DNA of 63,038 nucleotides, filler included, from Octopus bimaculoides (GCF_001194135.2; 9 parts of 8 records of this genome joined end to end with filler, not necessarily neighbours in it); one strand, 5' to 3'. Positions 23,437 to 36,078 are shown, counted from the whole stretch's first letter. Notes: a model not told the origin generated them from the sequence alone. A program made the numbers and translations.

Positions 23437-24611
23437 NNNNNNNNNNNNNNNNNNNNNNNNNNNNNNNNNNNNNNNNNNNNNNNNNNNNNNNNNNNNNNNN
23501 NNNNNNNNNNNNNNNNNNNNNNNNNNNNNNNNNNNNNNNNNNNNNNNNNNNNNNNNNNNNNNNNNNNNNNNNNNNNNNNNNNNNNNNNNNNNNNNNNNNN
23601 NNNNNNNNNNNNNNNNNNNNNNNNNNNNNNNNNNNNNNNNNNNNNNNNNNNNNNNNNNNNNNNNNNNNNNNNNNNNNNNNNNNNNNNNNNNNNNNNNNNN
23701 NNNNNNNNNNNNNNNNNNNNNNNNNNNNNNNNNNNNNNNNNNNNNNNNNNNNNNNNNNNNNNNNNNNNNNNNNNNNNNNNNNNNNNNNNNNNNNNNNNNN
23801 NNNNNNNNNNNNNNNNNNNNNNNNNNNNNNNNNNNNNNNNNNNNNNNNNNNNNNNNNNNNNNNNNNNNNNNNNNNNNNNNNNNNNNNNNNNNNNNNNNNN
23901 NNNNNNNNNNNNNNNNNNNNNNNNNNNNNNNNNNNNNNNNNNNNNNNNNNNNNNNNNNNNNNNNNNNNNNNNNNNNNNNNNNNNNNNNNNNNNNNNNNNN
24001 NNNNNNNNNNNNNNNNNNNNNNNNNNNNNNNNNNNNNNNNNNNNNNNNNNNNNNNNNNNNNNNNNNNNNNNNNNNNNNNNNNNNNNNNNNNNNNNNNNNN
24101 NNNNNNNNNNNNNNNNNNNNNNNNNNNNNNNNNNNNNNNNGTGTGTATATAATTGTAATTGCGATATCGCAAATCTACAATGGTTCCATAACTCCCATCT
24201 CGGCTATGAGCTTATATATACAGGCAGTTAAGCGGATAAACAAATTAGATACATTAAATATATTAAATATATTGAATATATTAAATAAAAAGTATGTATA
24301 TATGTATACATGCGAAACGAAAGCAAAAGGTGGAGACTTTCACATGATGGATTTTTATGTATAAATCTATAGATATTTGTATTTATAGGTCTAAGCTACA
24401 CTGAGTACAAACGACAGAGAAAATTAAAGGGCTGGAAGAAAGGTGTTATAAATCCAACAGCTGTTTCTGGAGGCTCGGTGATCCATAATAATGTTGGTAG
24501 ATTTAGTTCAACACAATATGCGGCCGTATGGAGGAAATTAACATTGAATAAGACGAGACCCCATCATCAGGGTAGAAAAGATCTTATGTTTCAAATTGTA
24601 ACGCAGAGATG

Positions 24612-24645
<34 letters not shown>

Positions 24646-24694
24646 NNNNNNNNNNNNNNNNNNNNNNNNNNNNNNNNNNNNNNNNNNNNNNNNN

Positions 24695-24757
<63 letters not shown>

Positions 24758-25030
24758 CGTTACTGACTAGAGAATATGATATAAGTTTTATTGTACCAAC
24801 TTAGAGCACTTTCCTGCTAATTGTCTTAGACGCCAATGTCATTGCAATCATAGACACCGCTTATCATGAGCTCAACGCCCAAAACCACTAGGGCCCAATG
24901 ACTAAATGATTTGACTAAGTGTGCTACATACATATACACATACATATATACATACATGCATGCATGCATACATACATACATGCATACATACATACATACA
25001 TACACATGCATGCATGCATGCATACATACA

Positions 25031-25059
<29 letters not shown>

Positions 25060-25064
<5 letters not shown>

Positions 25065-25600
25065 GAGTGAAAGAACAGTGCATGCCATCCAAGTGACACT
25101 GGGGTACAAATATACGAAGCCCAATATATCTATCATGTCTACTCGTCTGATAAAGGTGCTCCAGGTACATGCATCATATTTGCGCGACATGGTTTTCTTA
25201 TATTAAGATAAACAGCGCATGACCTTGCAGGACTTTTTTTCATATCGAGTAGCCTATCACGCTCAAATGGACCCTGAATAAGGTTTGTTTAAGGATGATG
25301 AATGAAACACCCATGTTTCCGGGAGTGAATTATTCAAACCTCAAAGAATTCTTCTCAACCCATGGCTATGATGCTATCTTACTACTTCTGCTCGTGATCA
25401 GAGATGCACATATCATCAGCCATTATGGGACGTACTCGTCTAGCTAAGCTCAAACAAGTGACAAGGAAATCTGTGTTATTGAGCATAATATTTGCTGTAG
25501 CCCATCTTTTATACCAAGATAAAACATGTATATGATAGCACTTCCAGTCAGTATATGATAGCACTTCCAGTCATAGCAGAAGCTATGAGAGCCACTGCTC
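25060..25600 (-). mobile_element. ~560-bp non-coding dispersed element flanked by (TAA)n (copy 1, diverged)
   Basis: Aligns by eye along its length with 61285-61843. Abuts (ATT)n at 25032-25064. Confidence 0.8.
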
Positions 25601-26470
25601 ATTTCTATGATTGACCTTCCAATTTGTGGTCTAAGTTTGGTCTTGCGCTGCATGTACAGCGTTCTCAGTCTCATTTTAAAGTGTTCCTTTCTTTAACCAG
25701 TCCCACCTATGTTCTCCAACAACTTCAGCTTTGGCTACATGGAATTGATTGTGTAGTCCATTGTCACCTAATTCTTCTTGTTTTATTCTTTTCTTTTTTC
25801 CTGCTTTCAAGATGCCCTCATCTCTAACTGGCTCTAGCAAGGTATCTCCAGTTTGGGTTAGATATCTCAGCAAGATCTCATGTTCGATATCATGCAGTCT
25901 TCCACACTTATCAGTCCCCTTCCTCTATTTGCTCTCTTTATGTATACAAAATCAATGAATGCACGTCAATGATAGGCTCCATGGATGGTTAGGATCTTTT
26001 TTGTCTTCTAGTCCAACTCTTTCAGCTCATTCTCTGTCCACTTCAGAATTCCAGATCGATATAGAACCACTGCTACCGCGTCCAAGTTTATTGCCGAAAT
26101 TATGTTTCTTATTTTATTATTGCCTACAAAAGGTTAAACATAGAGGGGACAAACAAGGACAGACAAACGGATTAAGTCGATTACATCGATCCAGTGCGTA
26201 ACTGGTACTTAATTTATCGATCCCGAAAGGATGAAAGGCAAAGTCGACCTCGGCAGAATTTGAACTCAGAACGTAACGGTAGACGAAATACCGCTAAGTA
26301 TTTCGCCTAGCGTGCTAACGTTTCTGCCAGCTCGCCGAAATTATGTTTCTGGCATTCAACTTTGAAACCAATATCTTTCTTTATCTTTTCCTCCATGTCA
26401 TCATGTTTCATTCGTTTTGCCTCCAATATTTGTATTTATATCCGGATTCAGGTTCAATTGCCTTCATCAA
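25600..26470 (-). mobile_element. R4/Dong fragment (late RT/thumb) interrupted by a SINE
   Basis: 'KAIEPESGYKY.ILEAKRMKHDDMEEKIKK' | SINE | 'NIISAIN..AVAVV.YRSGILKWTENELKELD*KTKKILTIHG...RGRGLISVEDC...WDWLKKGTLK.ETE...AAQDQ'. Confidence 0.85.
26110..26333 (-). mobile_element. Young Meta-domain-like tRNA-SINE with a 17-bp TSD
   Basis: Full head GGCGAGCTGGCAGAAACGTTAGCACG. TSD GCCGAAATTATGTTTCT at 26093-26109 and 26334-26350. Confidence 0.92.
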
Positions 26471-26599
26471 AATTCGACCCAGGAGCGGCCAGCGAGGGTN
26501 NNNNNNNNNNNNNNNNNNNNNNNNNNNNNNNNNNNNNNNNNNNTTAATTAATTAANNNNNNNNNNNNNNNNNNNNNNNNNNNNNNNNNNNNNNNNNNNN

Positions 26600-26872
26600 A
26601 GGTTACCGTGGTCTTTTCCGTAGGCTTTTCTTTCCACGGCCAAACCTAAACTGTCCTCCCCTCCTTTTACACGAGAACATTACTGTGTGATACACGATCC
26701 CTATTGATCGCCCTTTTTTTTTTTGATCACTTTTGATCGAACTACCTCCTTTTCCTTCCTACGACCCCTTTTGATCGACCCCCCTTTTTTTCCTTCCCCC
26801 TCCCAAAAAGAAAAGCTCTACATTGTATTTGTCCCATCTTCGTTGAGCCCTGTGTGGTTAATAAAAGAAATG

Positions 26873-26906
<34 letters not shown>

Positions 26907-26920
26907 CCTATCTATCTATC
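26600..26920 (+). mobile_element. Probable 3' end of a non-LTR retroelement with AATAAA and a (TATC)n tail
   Basis: Ends TTGTCCCATCTTCGTTGAGCCCTGTGTGGTTAATAAAAGAAA, then (TATC)n. The terminus resembles the 3' tail of the young SINE subfamily. Confidence 0.55.
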
Positions 26921-28309
26921 AGTATGTATGTATATATGTATATATACATATTTATACACACCTTCAGAATCTTTTTACTCGCACTGCTTTTCGATTATTC
27001 AGTTATATATTTGAAACCAGTTAGAAAAGTGATGCATTTTATATATGACTCATACACACACGCAACCTTGCGCGCGCGCACACACAAGCACGCACTCACA
27101 TATACACATACAGAGACATGCACACAAATAAGCATACATACGTGTGAGCTTATTTGAGTGTGCAAGTGTTATCAAAATATCAGTGACTACAGCAGCGACA
27201 AAACATACCACTGTTACGTTCAAAATATTTATAAATTTCTGAATACGACGATAAACAACTTTATTGTTGATGGTGCCACGAATAAAACAAATATAATAGC
27301 AGACGACACGTACATTACGATATCCTAAGAAATAATGAGAGTAAACACGTTAACAACAAAAATGAAACGACGAATAACAATGAAGGCCACAACAAAACGC
27401 AGCGGGGAAAGCCTAGCTCTAATAATTGTGTGAGACAGATTGGCGCAATAAAATGATGGCATTGATGACTTGGAGGTCAAAGATGAACAACAGGAACTCT
27501 GACTCTCTCATAAATACACACACATATATATCACAGATATATGTACGTACATACATACATACATACATACATACATACATACACATATACATACATACAT
27601 ACGTACATACAAATATATATATCTATGTGTACATGCATATACATACATATGTATAAATACATACATAAATATAAATATATATACACTTATGCCTATACAT
27701 ATGTGCATACATATATACATACATACATATACATATATATATATATATNNNNNNNNNNTATATATAAAGATATATGCATACATACATATATAAAATAAGC
27801 ATTAAAGATTGGTGTTTGCAATATTATTTCCATTATATTCTTTACAATTGTTGCAATAATTCCATGTCGACTAATTTTGCATCATGTTTGTAAACATGTC
27901 CTCTGACCGAGAGTTTTGAAATTATGTATCACTTGGCGCAGCATTTATTTGCGACAAAGAAATACCAGCAATTTCGTCGTATCGGGTGCACAAAAAATTT
28001 AGTATAAGCTGAGCAGATGTGGTTCATTGATACCCTTCAGAGAAGTGTGCTTTTTCAAAAAAAACAAAAAAACAAAAGCAAGAAAAACAAAACAAAACAG
28101 AACAACAAAAACAACGACAACGACGGCGACAACAATATCAAAACAATCCCCCAATAATATAATATTAAAGACCAATGCTTTTTGTAACGCAAGTACTGAA
28201 AAGGTACTATCAAAGTGTTAAAAATGTGTCAGGACTTTCATTTTAGCCTAATACATATATATGTGCGTTTGTGTGTGGGTGTGAGTATGTATGTATATAT
28301 GTATATATT

Positions 28310-28522
28310 CATTTCTATTTTAGGCACAAGGCACGAATATTTGGTGAGGGGGCCAGTCGATTAGATCGACCCCAGTATTCATCTGTACTTAATTTATCCC
28401 CCCACCCCGAAAAAATGAACGACACAGTCGACCTCGGCGGAATTTGAACTCAGAACGTAAAGACAGACGAAATACCGCTAAGCATTTCGCCCGGCGTGCT
28501 AACGTTTCTACCAGCTCGCCGT
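28310..28522 (-). mobile_element. Meta-domain-like tRNA-SINE
   Basis: Full head and 'gtcgacctcggcggaatttgaactcagaacg' motif. Confidence 0.9.
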
Positions 28523-29141
28523 CTTGTTGTTTACAAATATTGACATGTACTATTTTCAGCATGTTGACGATTAAATGTGCAGTCACGCACTAAATGAGAG
28601 CTTCGAAATCTCGTTTCCTGACTGGGTGAAAATGATCAAACTTTAAACCTCTATAACTTTTTAAAAACATCTTCCTGGAAAATGTGAAATAAATCCAGCA
28701 ATTCAGCTTGGAAAAGTATATTATTGCGCCAAATTTTAAAATTTTCGATAAACTTTGATTTTTGAAATGCTGGCACCCAAACTAACTAGATCCGGGGTAT
28801 CCATTAAATAAACCATGTTTCGCCCAGTTTTAATATACCATGTTATTAGTGACCATAGCTTTAAACCGAAACCCTTATAACATCACCCGACAAAACACTT
28901 CTGCCAAGAGTGATGCACCATAGCCAGTTGGGCAGTATCCCACCCTCGTCGGATCGACACTGGATGGGTCGAAATGATCGTTGTGAGCTATAAAGCTTCT
29001 CATATATTCCATTTTCCGTCTCTATCATTTGTTATATACTCAACGAACGCTGATGAACTGCTGAGTAGATTCAGCGTAGGGATATATACGCCACACAATC
29101 CAAAAAATCGGCCTTACAAGTCTATGGTCCAGGAAGGAGCC

Positions 29142-29145
<4 letters not shown>

Positions 29146-29191
<46 letters not shown>

Positions 29192-29989
29192 TGAGAACAA
29201 ATGTGTACGTACGCTGCTACATGTATAAAAAATGGAAAAACGCAATAGAGGACAATAAAACATTCGGACAGATACAAAGGCGGACAGGAGAAACAACAAT
29301 TAGAAGGACAGGGAGAAAAAAAGGACGAGTCATTCGTAGCTTTCTCTCCTCAGTCAAGTTGCTAGATGTCCTTAGTACCTCGGGAGAGCTTTCCTCTAAT
29401 TTTTCCAAATATTTCTGTTAAAACTGTATTGAAACCATTTGTGGGGAAAAATTGTAATGTTTTTATCGCATGTAACGTGTTGTTCATCACATTTGCATTA
29501 AATACATATTGAATGCTAGAAACTACTTGTTTACTTTTTAGAAATAATACATTTTTAAATCTCTCAGAGAGATTTATGCAGTAGTGATACGATGAAGTAG
29601 TTGTATGCAGCTTCCTAGGCCTAACCAACAGTAGTATTGTTCTCTTCAGGGGACTGTCACATTAAGTTGACAGCATACAACTACTTGTTTACTCTTCTCT
29701 TTTTGTTATTAAGCTGGTTGTGACGTGTGCTAAAAATAATAGCCTAACATTTTTTGGATAAATCTTTTAAGTTCGTGCTATCGCATTAAATGCATATTGT
29801 ATTCGTCAAACTACAAGTGTAACAGCCCGAAACAGTAAGGCCATCTGAAAACTTGACCGAAGAAAGAAGGCCACGAATGACCCGTCCTTTTTTCCCTTCT
29901 GTTCTAAATATTGTTTCTCCTGTCTGCCTTTGTATCGTCTATCTATCGAATGTTTTATTGTCCTCTATTGGATTTTTGTCCTCTATTGG

Positions 29990-30061
<72 letters not shown>
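29146..30061. repeat. Inverted pair of a ~220-bp repeat (including microsatellite arms) around a ~450-bp spacer
   Basis: 29146-29375 is the reverse complement of about 29835-30061. ORFs 29217(-) and 29853(+) share 'RMTRPFF'. Confidence 0.85.
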
Positions 30062-30065
<4 letters not shown>

Positions 30066-30184
30066 AAGAGGAGGTTGGAAAAAACTTCGTCTTTTATTTA
30101 TTCACGATTACACATGTTTCCTTTTTAAATAAGAATCGCAAAGTTCTACATGTTGAATAAACGTGTTAGAAAATTCTTATCAGA

Positions 30185-30240
30185 AATTCTTCAGACAGAG
30201 AATCAAATAACACATTTTTGGATTCTCTGTCTGAAGAATT
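30185..30240. repeat. Perfect 20-bp hairpin with a 16-nt loop
   Basis: AATTCTTCAGACAGAGAATC (30185-30204) / GATTCTCTGTCTGAAGAATT (30221-30240). Confidence 0.95.
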
Positions 30241-30893
30241 GGGGTGGTTATAGGTATTTTCAAAACAAAACTGGATCTTTCCTTGTCAAGGATTGCGACT
30301 AAACTTACNNNNNNNNNNNNNNNNNNNNNNNNNNNNNNNNNNNNNNNNNNNNNNNNNNNNNNNNNNNNNNNNNNNNNNNNNNNNNNNNNNNNNNNNNNNN
30401 NNNNNNNNNNNNNNNNNNNNNNNNNNNNNNNNNNNNNNNNNNNNNNNNNNNNNNNNNNNNNNNNNNNNNNNNNNNNNNNNNNNNNNNNNNNNNNNNNNNN
30501 NNNNNNNNNNNNNNNNNNNNNNNNNNNNNNNNNNNNNNNNNNNNNNNNNNNNNNNNNNNNNNNNNNNNNNNNNNNNNNNNNNNNNNNNNNNNNNNNNNNN
30601 NNNNNNNNNNNNNNNNNNNNNNNNNNNNNNNNNNNNNNNNNNNNNNNNNNNNNNNNNNNNNNNNNNNNNNNNNNNNNNNNNNNNNNNNNNNNNNNNNNNN
30701 NNNNNNNNNNNNNNNNNNNNNNNNNNNNNNNNNNNNNNNNNNNNNNNNNNNNNNNNNNNNNNNNNNNNNNNNNNNNNNNNNNNNNNNNNNNNNNNNNNNN
30801 NNNNNNNNNNNNNNATATACATATATATATATATAATGTATATACAAATTTATCTATCTGTCTGTTTGTCTCTCTGGCTGTCTGTCTTGCATG

Positions 30894-30946
<53 letters not shown>

Positions 30947-31315
30947 GCTTGAGACATATACGAACCCTTAGGAAAGGTATTCAGTGTATTTTGTCATGGA
31001 GAAAATTTCTCACTGTAGACTAATAATTGTTAATACACCGTGTTACCTAACCAAACTGTGGGATGCATGAATTTCGGAGTGGTTATCTTCTCTTCAGCCA
31101 CCGAAATCGGAAAGACAACGCTATGAATTGAAACGAGAGACAGATCTCTCTTATGATATTTCCCTCATCGTTCAATGGCTGGCTGCGCTATTCCACAGCT
31201 CACCGTAAAGAAAATGCGGGATGACAGTGCTAGACAATGATGTGTATAAAGAGAAACTTATTACTAATTCACACTTTTCTGTGTACAGCGAGACATTTTG
31301 ATAAAATATAGTGAA

Positions 31316-31530
31316 TAGAAAGTTAAAGAAGTGATTTTAAATTCTCAAGCGCAGGATAATGCTAATAATATAGCCTAAACAGGATAAACTACCCCTATTT
31401 TCCAGAAAAAAGTGTAGGCAGCCAGCTATGAGACTTTTTTCTGCAAAATAGGGGTAGCTTATCCTGTTCAGGCTATATTATTAGCGTTATCCTGCGTTTG
31501 AGAATTCAAAATCACTTCTTTAACTTTCTA
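31316..31530. mobile_element. Palindromic MITE (215 bp, ~95-bp arms, TA at both ends)
   Basis: TAGAAAGTTAAAGAAGTGATTTT...AAAATCACTTCTTTAACTTTCTA with few mismatches and a ~20-nt loop. Confidence 0.8.
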
Positions 31531-33334
31531 AGACATCTCAACGCCTTTGTTTGTTTGTTTACGTTCATCATAATTCGAATTTAACATAGTGAATAGGTTT
31601 CTTACGGGTTCGATTATCCTTCAAGCATATTTGGACAAGGTAACAACTCGGAGGCCTTGTAATTCAAAAGGTATAGTTCAGTTACAATTTGTCACGTTGA
31701 CCCTGTCAGAGAATTACGCCTAGGATATACGGATCTGTAAAGTGATTAGCTATTTAATCTCTATTTAGCTATTTAATTCAAATTTGACAGAGTTTATTAG
31801 ACTGAACAAATGAATTCTCATAATCGAAAGCAACGGAGATTACCAGTGGATGTCACGTAAATGTTAAAGATTAATGAAATGGAGAATATCTATGCTGCAT
31901 TGATAAGAAAACTGCAGGTACTCTATCGAGATTGTAACTTTACATTTCTACTAATTATTTCAGCACATGACAACATAACTAATTGCTTCAATACTATGCT
32001 TGACAAACTGAGATTTTCAAAACCAAGAAGAATACGATTAACTAGAAGACAACAGCTACTTGTTATGAAAGGCACTGTTAAAACTATAAAACATTCTAGA
32101 AATTCAGTATAAGATGTACATATGCAATGCCAACCATGTTTGTTCGCATATTTACTTGTGTACGTACATGTATATATGCATACAACTGTCTCCACACACA
32201 CAAACACACGCACACACACACACATGTATGTATCTATCTAGCTACCAATCAGTTTCTCTTTCTATCTCCCTATACACACACACACACATACACACACACA
32301 AGAACACACACACATGTGCACACACATATGTATATTAGAGAGGGACAAGAAGAAAATAAAACGGCGAAGACGACATACAGAAATCTGATTATTTCATGAG
32401 TTGTCCATTGAAAATGAGAAGAATGTTGGCGTATGTAAATACGTTGCGCGCGCACACACTCACAAATGCGCACACACACACACGCACACACACACGTATG
32501 TATGTTTGTGTGTGTAAGAGAGGGAGAGAGAGATAGGGGAGAGGGAGAAAGAGAACATAACCATGCAAACGTATATATATATATATATATATNNNNNNNN
32601 NNNNNNNNNNNNNNNNNNNNNNNNNNNNNNNNNNNNNNNNNNNNNNNNNNNNNNNNNNNNNNNNNNNNNNNNNNNNNNNNNNNNNNNNNNNNNNNNNNNN
32701 NNNNTATATATATATATATATATCATCGTATTTGCCGTCGACCTGCGTCTCATTATAAGCAACTAAAACAAACAACAATAGCAAGCTCAGGTGCATTCAT
32801 CAAAATCCAAATGTGAACGACTGGATCAAATAGAGTTAATTATGACACCTGCCTGGCGGCAATATGTTGCTTACATCTATCTTCTTCATTATCAGCTTCA
32901 TGAACATTATCAACATAATCATAATCAGAGTTATTAACACGCTTATCAACATCAATATTATGATCATTACCAACATTATCAATACAATACTGATAATCAG
33001 GGTGGCCATGATATACAGCATGGTTCTCATCGTCATAGTAGTCATCAGAATGATTATATGAACATCGCATCGGCGGTGTCATTGGTTATCAAAGCGATCT
33101 CTAATGGCGCCATCATGACCGATCGCTTGCTCTGACAGAATTAGTAGCCAAATTTCCATTAAATAACACTGTATTGTCGTATATAAAGAAGCGTTTACTG
33201 GACAAGGTTTTAGGCTTGTCATGACAGAATAAATTTGTAAAATATCCGATTTTTGTCGTTTTCACAATCTTAGGTTTAAGTAATAGAGACGTTGTATTAC
33301 TCAAATATGGAGAATCTTACCTCTCACAATAAAG

Positions 33335-35310
33335 AAAATTTTCTCATGGCACTAGCAGGCAGAATGGTAAAGGAGTTACCCCGAATGATAGCAACGGGGA
33401 TGCGCTGGAACAGTCACTCTGACTCATGGGGCTCGCGTTTGCCGAAAGCAATCTTCGCTCCGATAGCGGTGAACTGGGATATAATCCAGGGACCAAGAAC
33501 GTTCAAGTCTCAGCTGCCACAGGCACAACCATAAACCTATCAGAGAACGATCGATATTTTGACAGTTTGCTTTTCTCAGCCTGACGAGCAGCGGAGCTTG
33601 GGCTAGTAGCTGAAAACATCAAGCTGCTGCTGGTGAAGGTACCAGCATATGGCATCCCAGATGAGGGGCCTACCGTCATGGAACAAGTAAATTGTTATAC
33701 CGTGCGGCTCCACTGGTACGAGCTGGGAATGGAAGCCTGCAACAACTAGGCCATACCTTATGATCTTGTTATGGGTAACATGGCATGAAGGTGGCCAGCA
33801 CTATGACAGCATGTCAGTGGGTGGAGGATGAAAGAATGCAGAATGGATCCACGGCGGCATTCATTAGGCTCACAGATCTGGAGACCAAGCCTCAGGGAAA
33901 CGCCGATGCTCAGGCAGTCACGATCGAATTGAGTGCCAGTTGCTAGTGACACCGCATCGAGCCAAGTTCCGCTGTGAGACTCGGAGGCTGAGCGGAAACT
34001 TACTAAACGGTGCTGGTCAAGTTGGCGCACTAACTCATCCTCAGTCATGAATGGTGTCCCATTTCTTTTGAGAGGACCTGACGTCCACAGAGGGGAGGGC
34101 GTCAGCGGGGCGTCTGCGAGTCGCAGGCCCAGCTGGCTACATGCCGCGTAGCTGTTTTGTGAAGAACTCTGTAATGAGAACATAGCAAAAGGTCACCGAC
34201 GAAAGGAAAGCCGACAAGGTAGTGATACCGGACTTCGAAGACTGAGACCGCCATATTTGATGGATAAGGTGCACTGTTGCCATCCAGTGTCGTCAAACCG
34301 GACGTTGCATATCTCTTTGCTAGCCCAACGGATACAGGCATCGAGACTCGTGAGAGGAGAGACACATGGTTGTAGCAAGAGGTATTGTGGAGTATATACA
34401 ATAGCTTAGGCATGGCGAAGCAGTTTCTTAACAGGAACAGTGCTGGGCGGACGACGATCGCCTTCTATCTGTTTGTCAGGCTATCAAACTGGAGGTTCTT
34501 AGACCTAAGGGTGGAGCAAATGGCAGGCAGGAGTATCGGTGAACCTAGGATAAGGATAAAGTACAGGCGACCTCCTTTGAGGTCACCTGTACCTGGCGAA
34601 GTAGTGAACGTACTTCCGAGAGAGAGAGGTCGTAAAGCCCCGAACATCGTAGTTGGCGTTCACGACATCCAACTTGGGCGAGATTATCTCGTGACCGACC
34701 CTTACTAGAATGAGAGCCACTGAACGGAGATCGTAGCAGGCACTGTCTACTGGACCGCATATCCTAGCATCGCCAAAGTACCAGATGTTGAAAGGAGCTC
34801 CGATGCTCTGAATGATGCTGTCCACCCCAAGAGCGAATAGGTTCTAATGAATCTCCCTATTGTACGCAGGCCGAAGATGGTATGACTTTGTCTGTGTTGC
34901 GGGGCATGCTCGGAGTCCCGTATGGCAAATAGTCCAGCGGGCAGGCAGACGGGGTGGCGGTTGAGGCAGGTCAGGAACAAGTGGTGACTGCACATTCCGT
35001 TGAAAGCGTTTTCATGTTAATTTTGACAATGAGGTGTTTGGAGTCGCTCGATGTCGGCTCTAGAAGACAATCAGAGAAAAATTGTCTAGCGGCATGGGCG
35101 GCTCCCTCGCACTCGATGGTTAGGCCGACCCCCGTCTGTACCGGGCTGAGTCCCTCACCTACTTCAGATAAGACAGAGATGCATATGACTTTGGTCGTGA
35201 GTCTCCGAAAGACATTATCCACTGCAAGACATTCCCGAGAGCGATTAGGCGGGCTGAAAAGGAGAGGCCTCGGGGATAAGGGTCCAGGTTGTCTAGATAC
35301 ATTAGGAAAA
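33335..35310 (-). mobile_element. CRE-clade non-LTR retrotransposon (RT, Zn-knuckle region and RLE), frameshifted and 5'-truncated
   Basis: 'NVFRRLTTKV...LSPVQTGVG..IECEGAAHAARQF'; 'VDSIIQSIGAPFNIWYFGDARICGP'; 'LLRNCFAMPKLLY'; 'WQQCTLSIKYGGL'; 'HSGTWLDAV...GTQFD..LSIGVSLRLG'; 'PLIWDAIC...LFQRIPVAIIRGN'. Confidence 0.85.
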
Positions 35311-35384
35311 ATATTATAATTTATATATAATATTATATATTAATTTTTTATGAAGTCCCACGTTTCAAATCTGAAAGATGCTTA

Positions 35385-35570
35385 TGCCCGATTTGCTGGC
35401 ATTGAGACCCGTGAGAGGAGAAATACTTGGTAGTAGCAAGGGGCATTGCGGAGTGTACACAACAGCTTCGGTATGGCGATGCAATTCCTTGACAGGGACA
35501 GTGCAGGGCGAGCATCGATCGCCTTCTATCTGTCTATAAGACTATCAAGCTGGAGGCAGTAATCGAGTGA
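35385..35570 (-). mobile_element. Second, diverged CRE fragment
   Basis: 'LIDR*KAIDARPALSLSRNCIAIPKLLCTLRNAPCY', paralogous to about 34330-34500. Confidence 0.8.
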
Positions 35571-35691
35571 CATATTAGAGATAGCAAACCCCGTGAAATC
35601 AGAAAGAAGACAGAAAGGAAACATTGAATGACCCTGGATGACCCTATAAACCTGCAAGTGTGGATGAAACGCTTTTCAATATAGTTTTATC

Positions 35692-36078
35692 AGGTGCAGA
35701 CGTGGTTGTGTGGTAAGAAGTTTCCTTCCCAACCACATGGTTCCAGGTTCAGTTCCTCTGCGAAGTATCTTGAGCAAGTAGCTTCTACTATAGCCTTGGG
35801 CCGACCACAGACTTGTGAGTGGATTTGCTTGACGGAAACTGAAAGAAGGGAGTAACTGTCTGTGTTGTGTCATTCTGTTTGTCCCATCCTCCAACCACGT
35901 CACAAATGGTGTTGGTGTGTTTACGACCTGTAACCTAGCTGTTCAGTAAAGGAGACCGATTGAATAAGTACCAAGCTAAAAAAAATTTAAAGTGCTGCCG
36001 TCGATTATTCGACTAAAAAGATTCATCAAGTTGGTGCCCCAACATGGCCGCGGTCTAACGACTGAAACAAATAAAGAT
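35692..36078 (+). mobile_element. Full-length composite CORE-type SINE (tRNA head, CORE, Meta-like segment, tail)
   Basis: Head as in the 14870 copy. Tail '...ggtgccccaacatggccgcggtctaacgactgaaacaaataaaga'. Confidence 0.8.
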
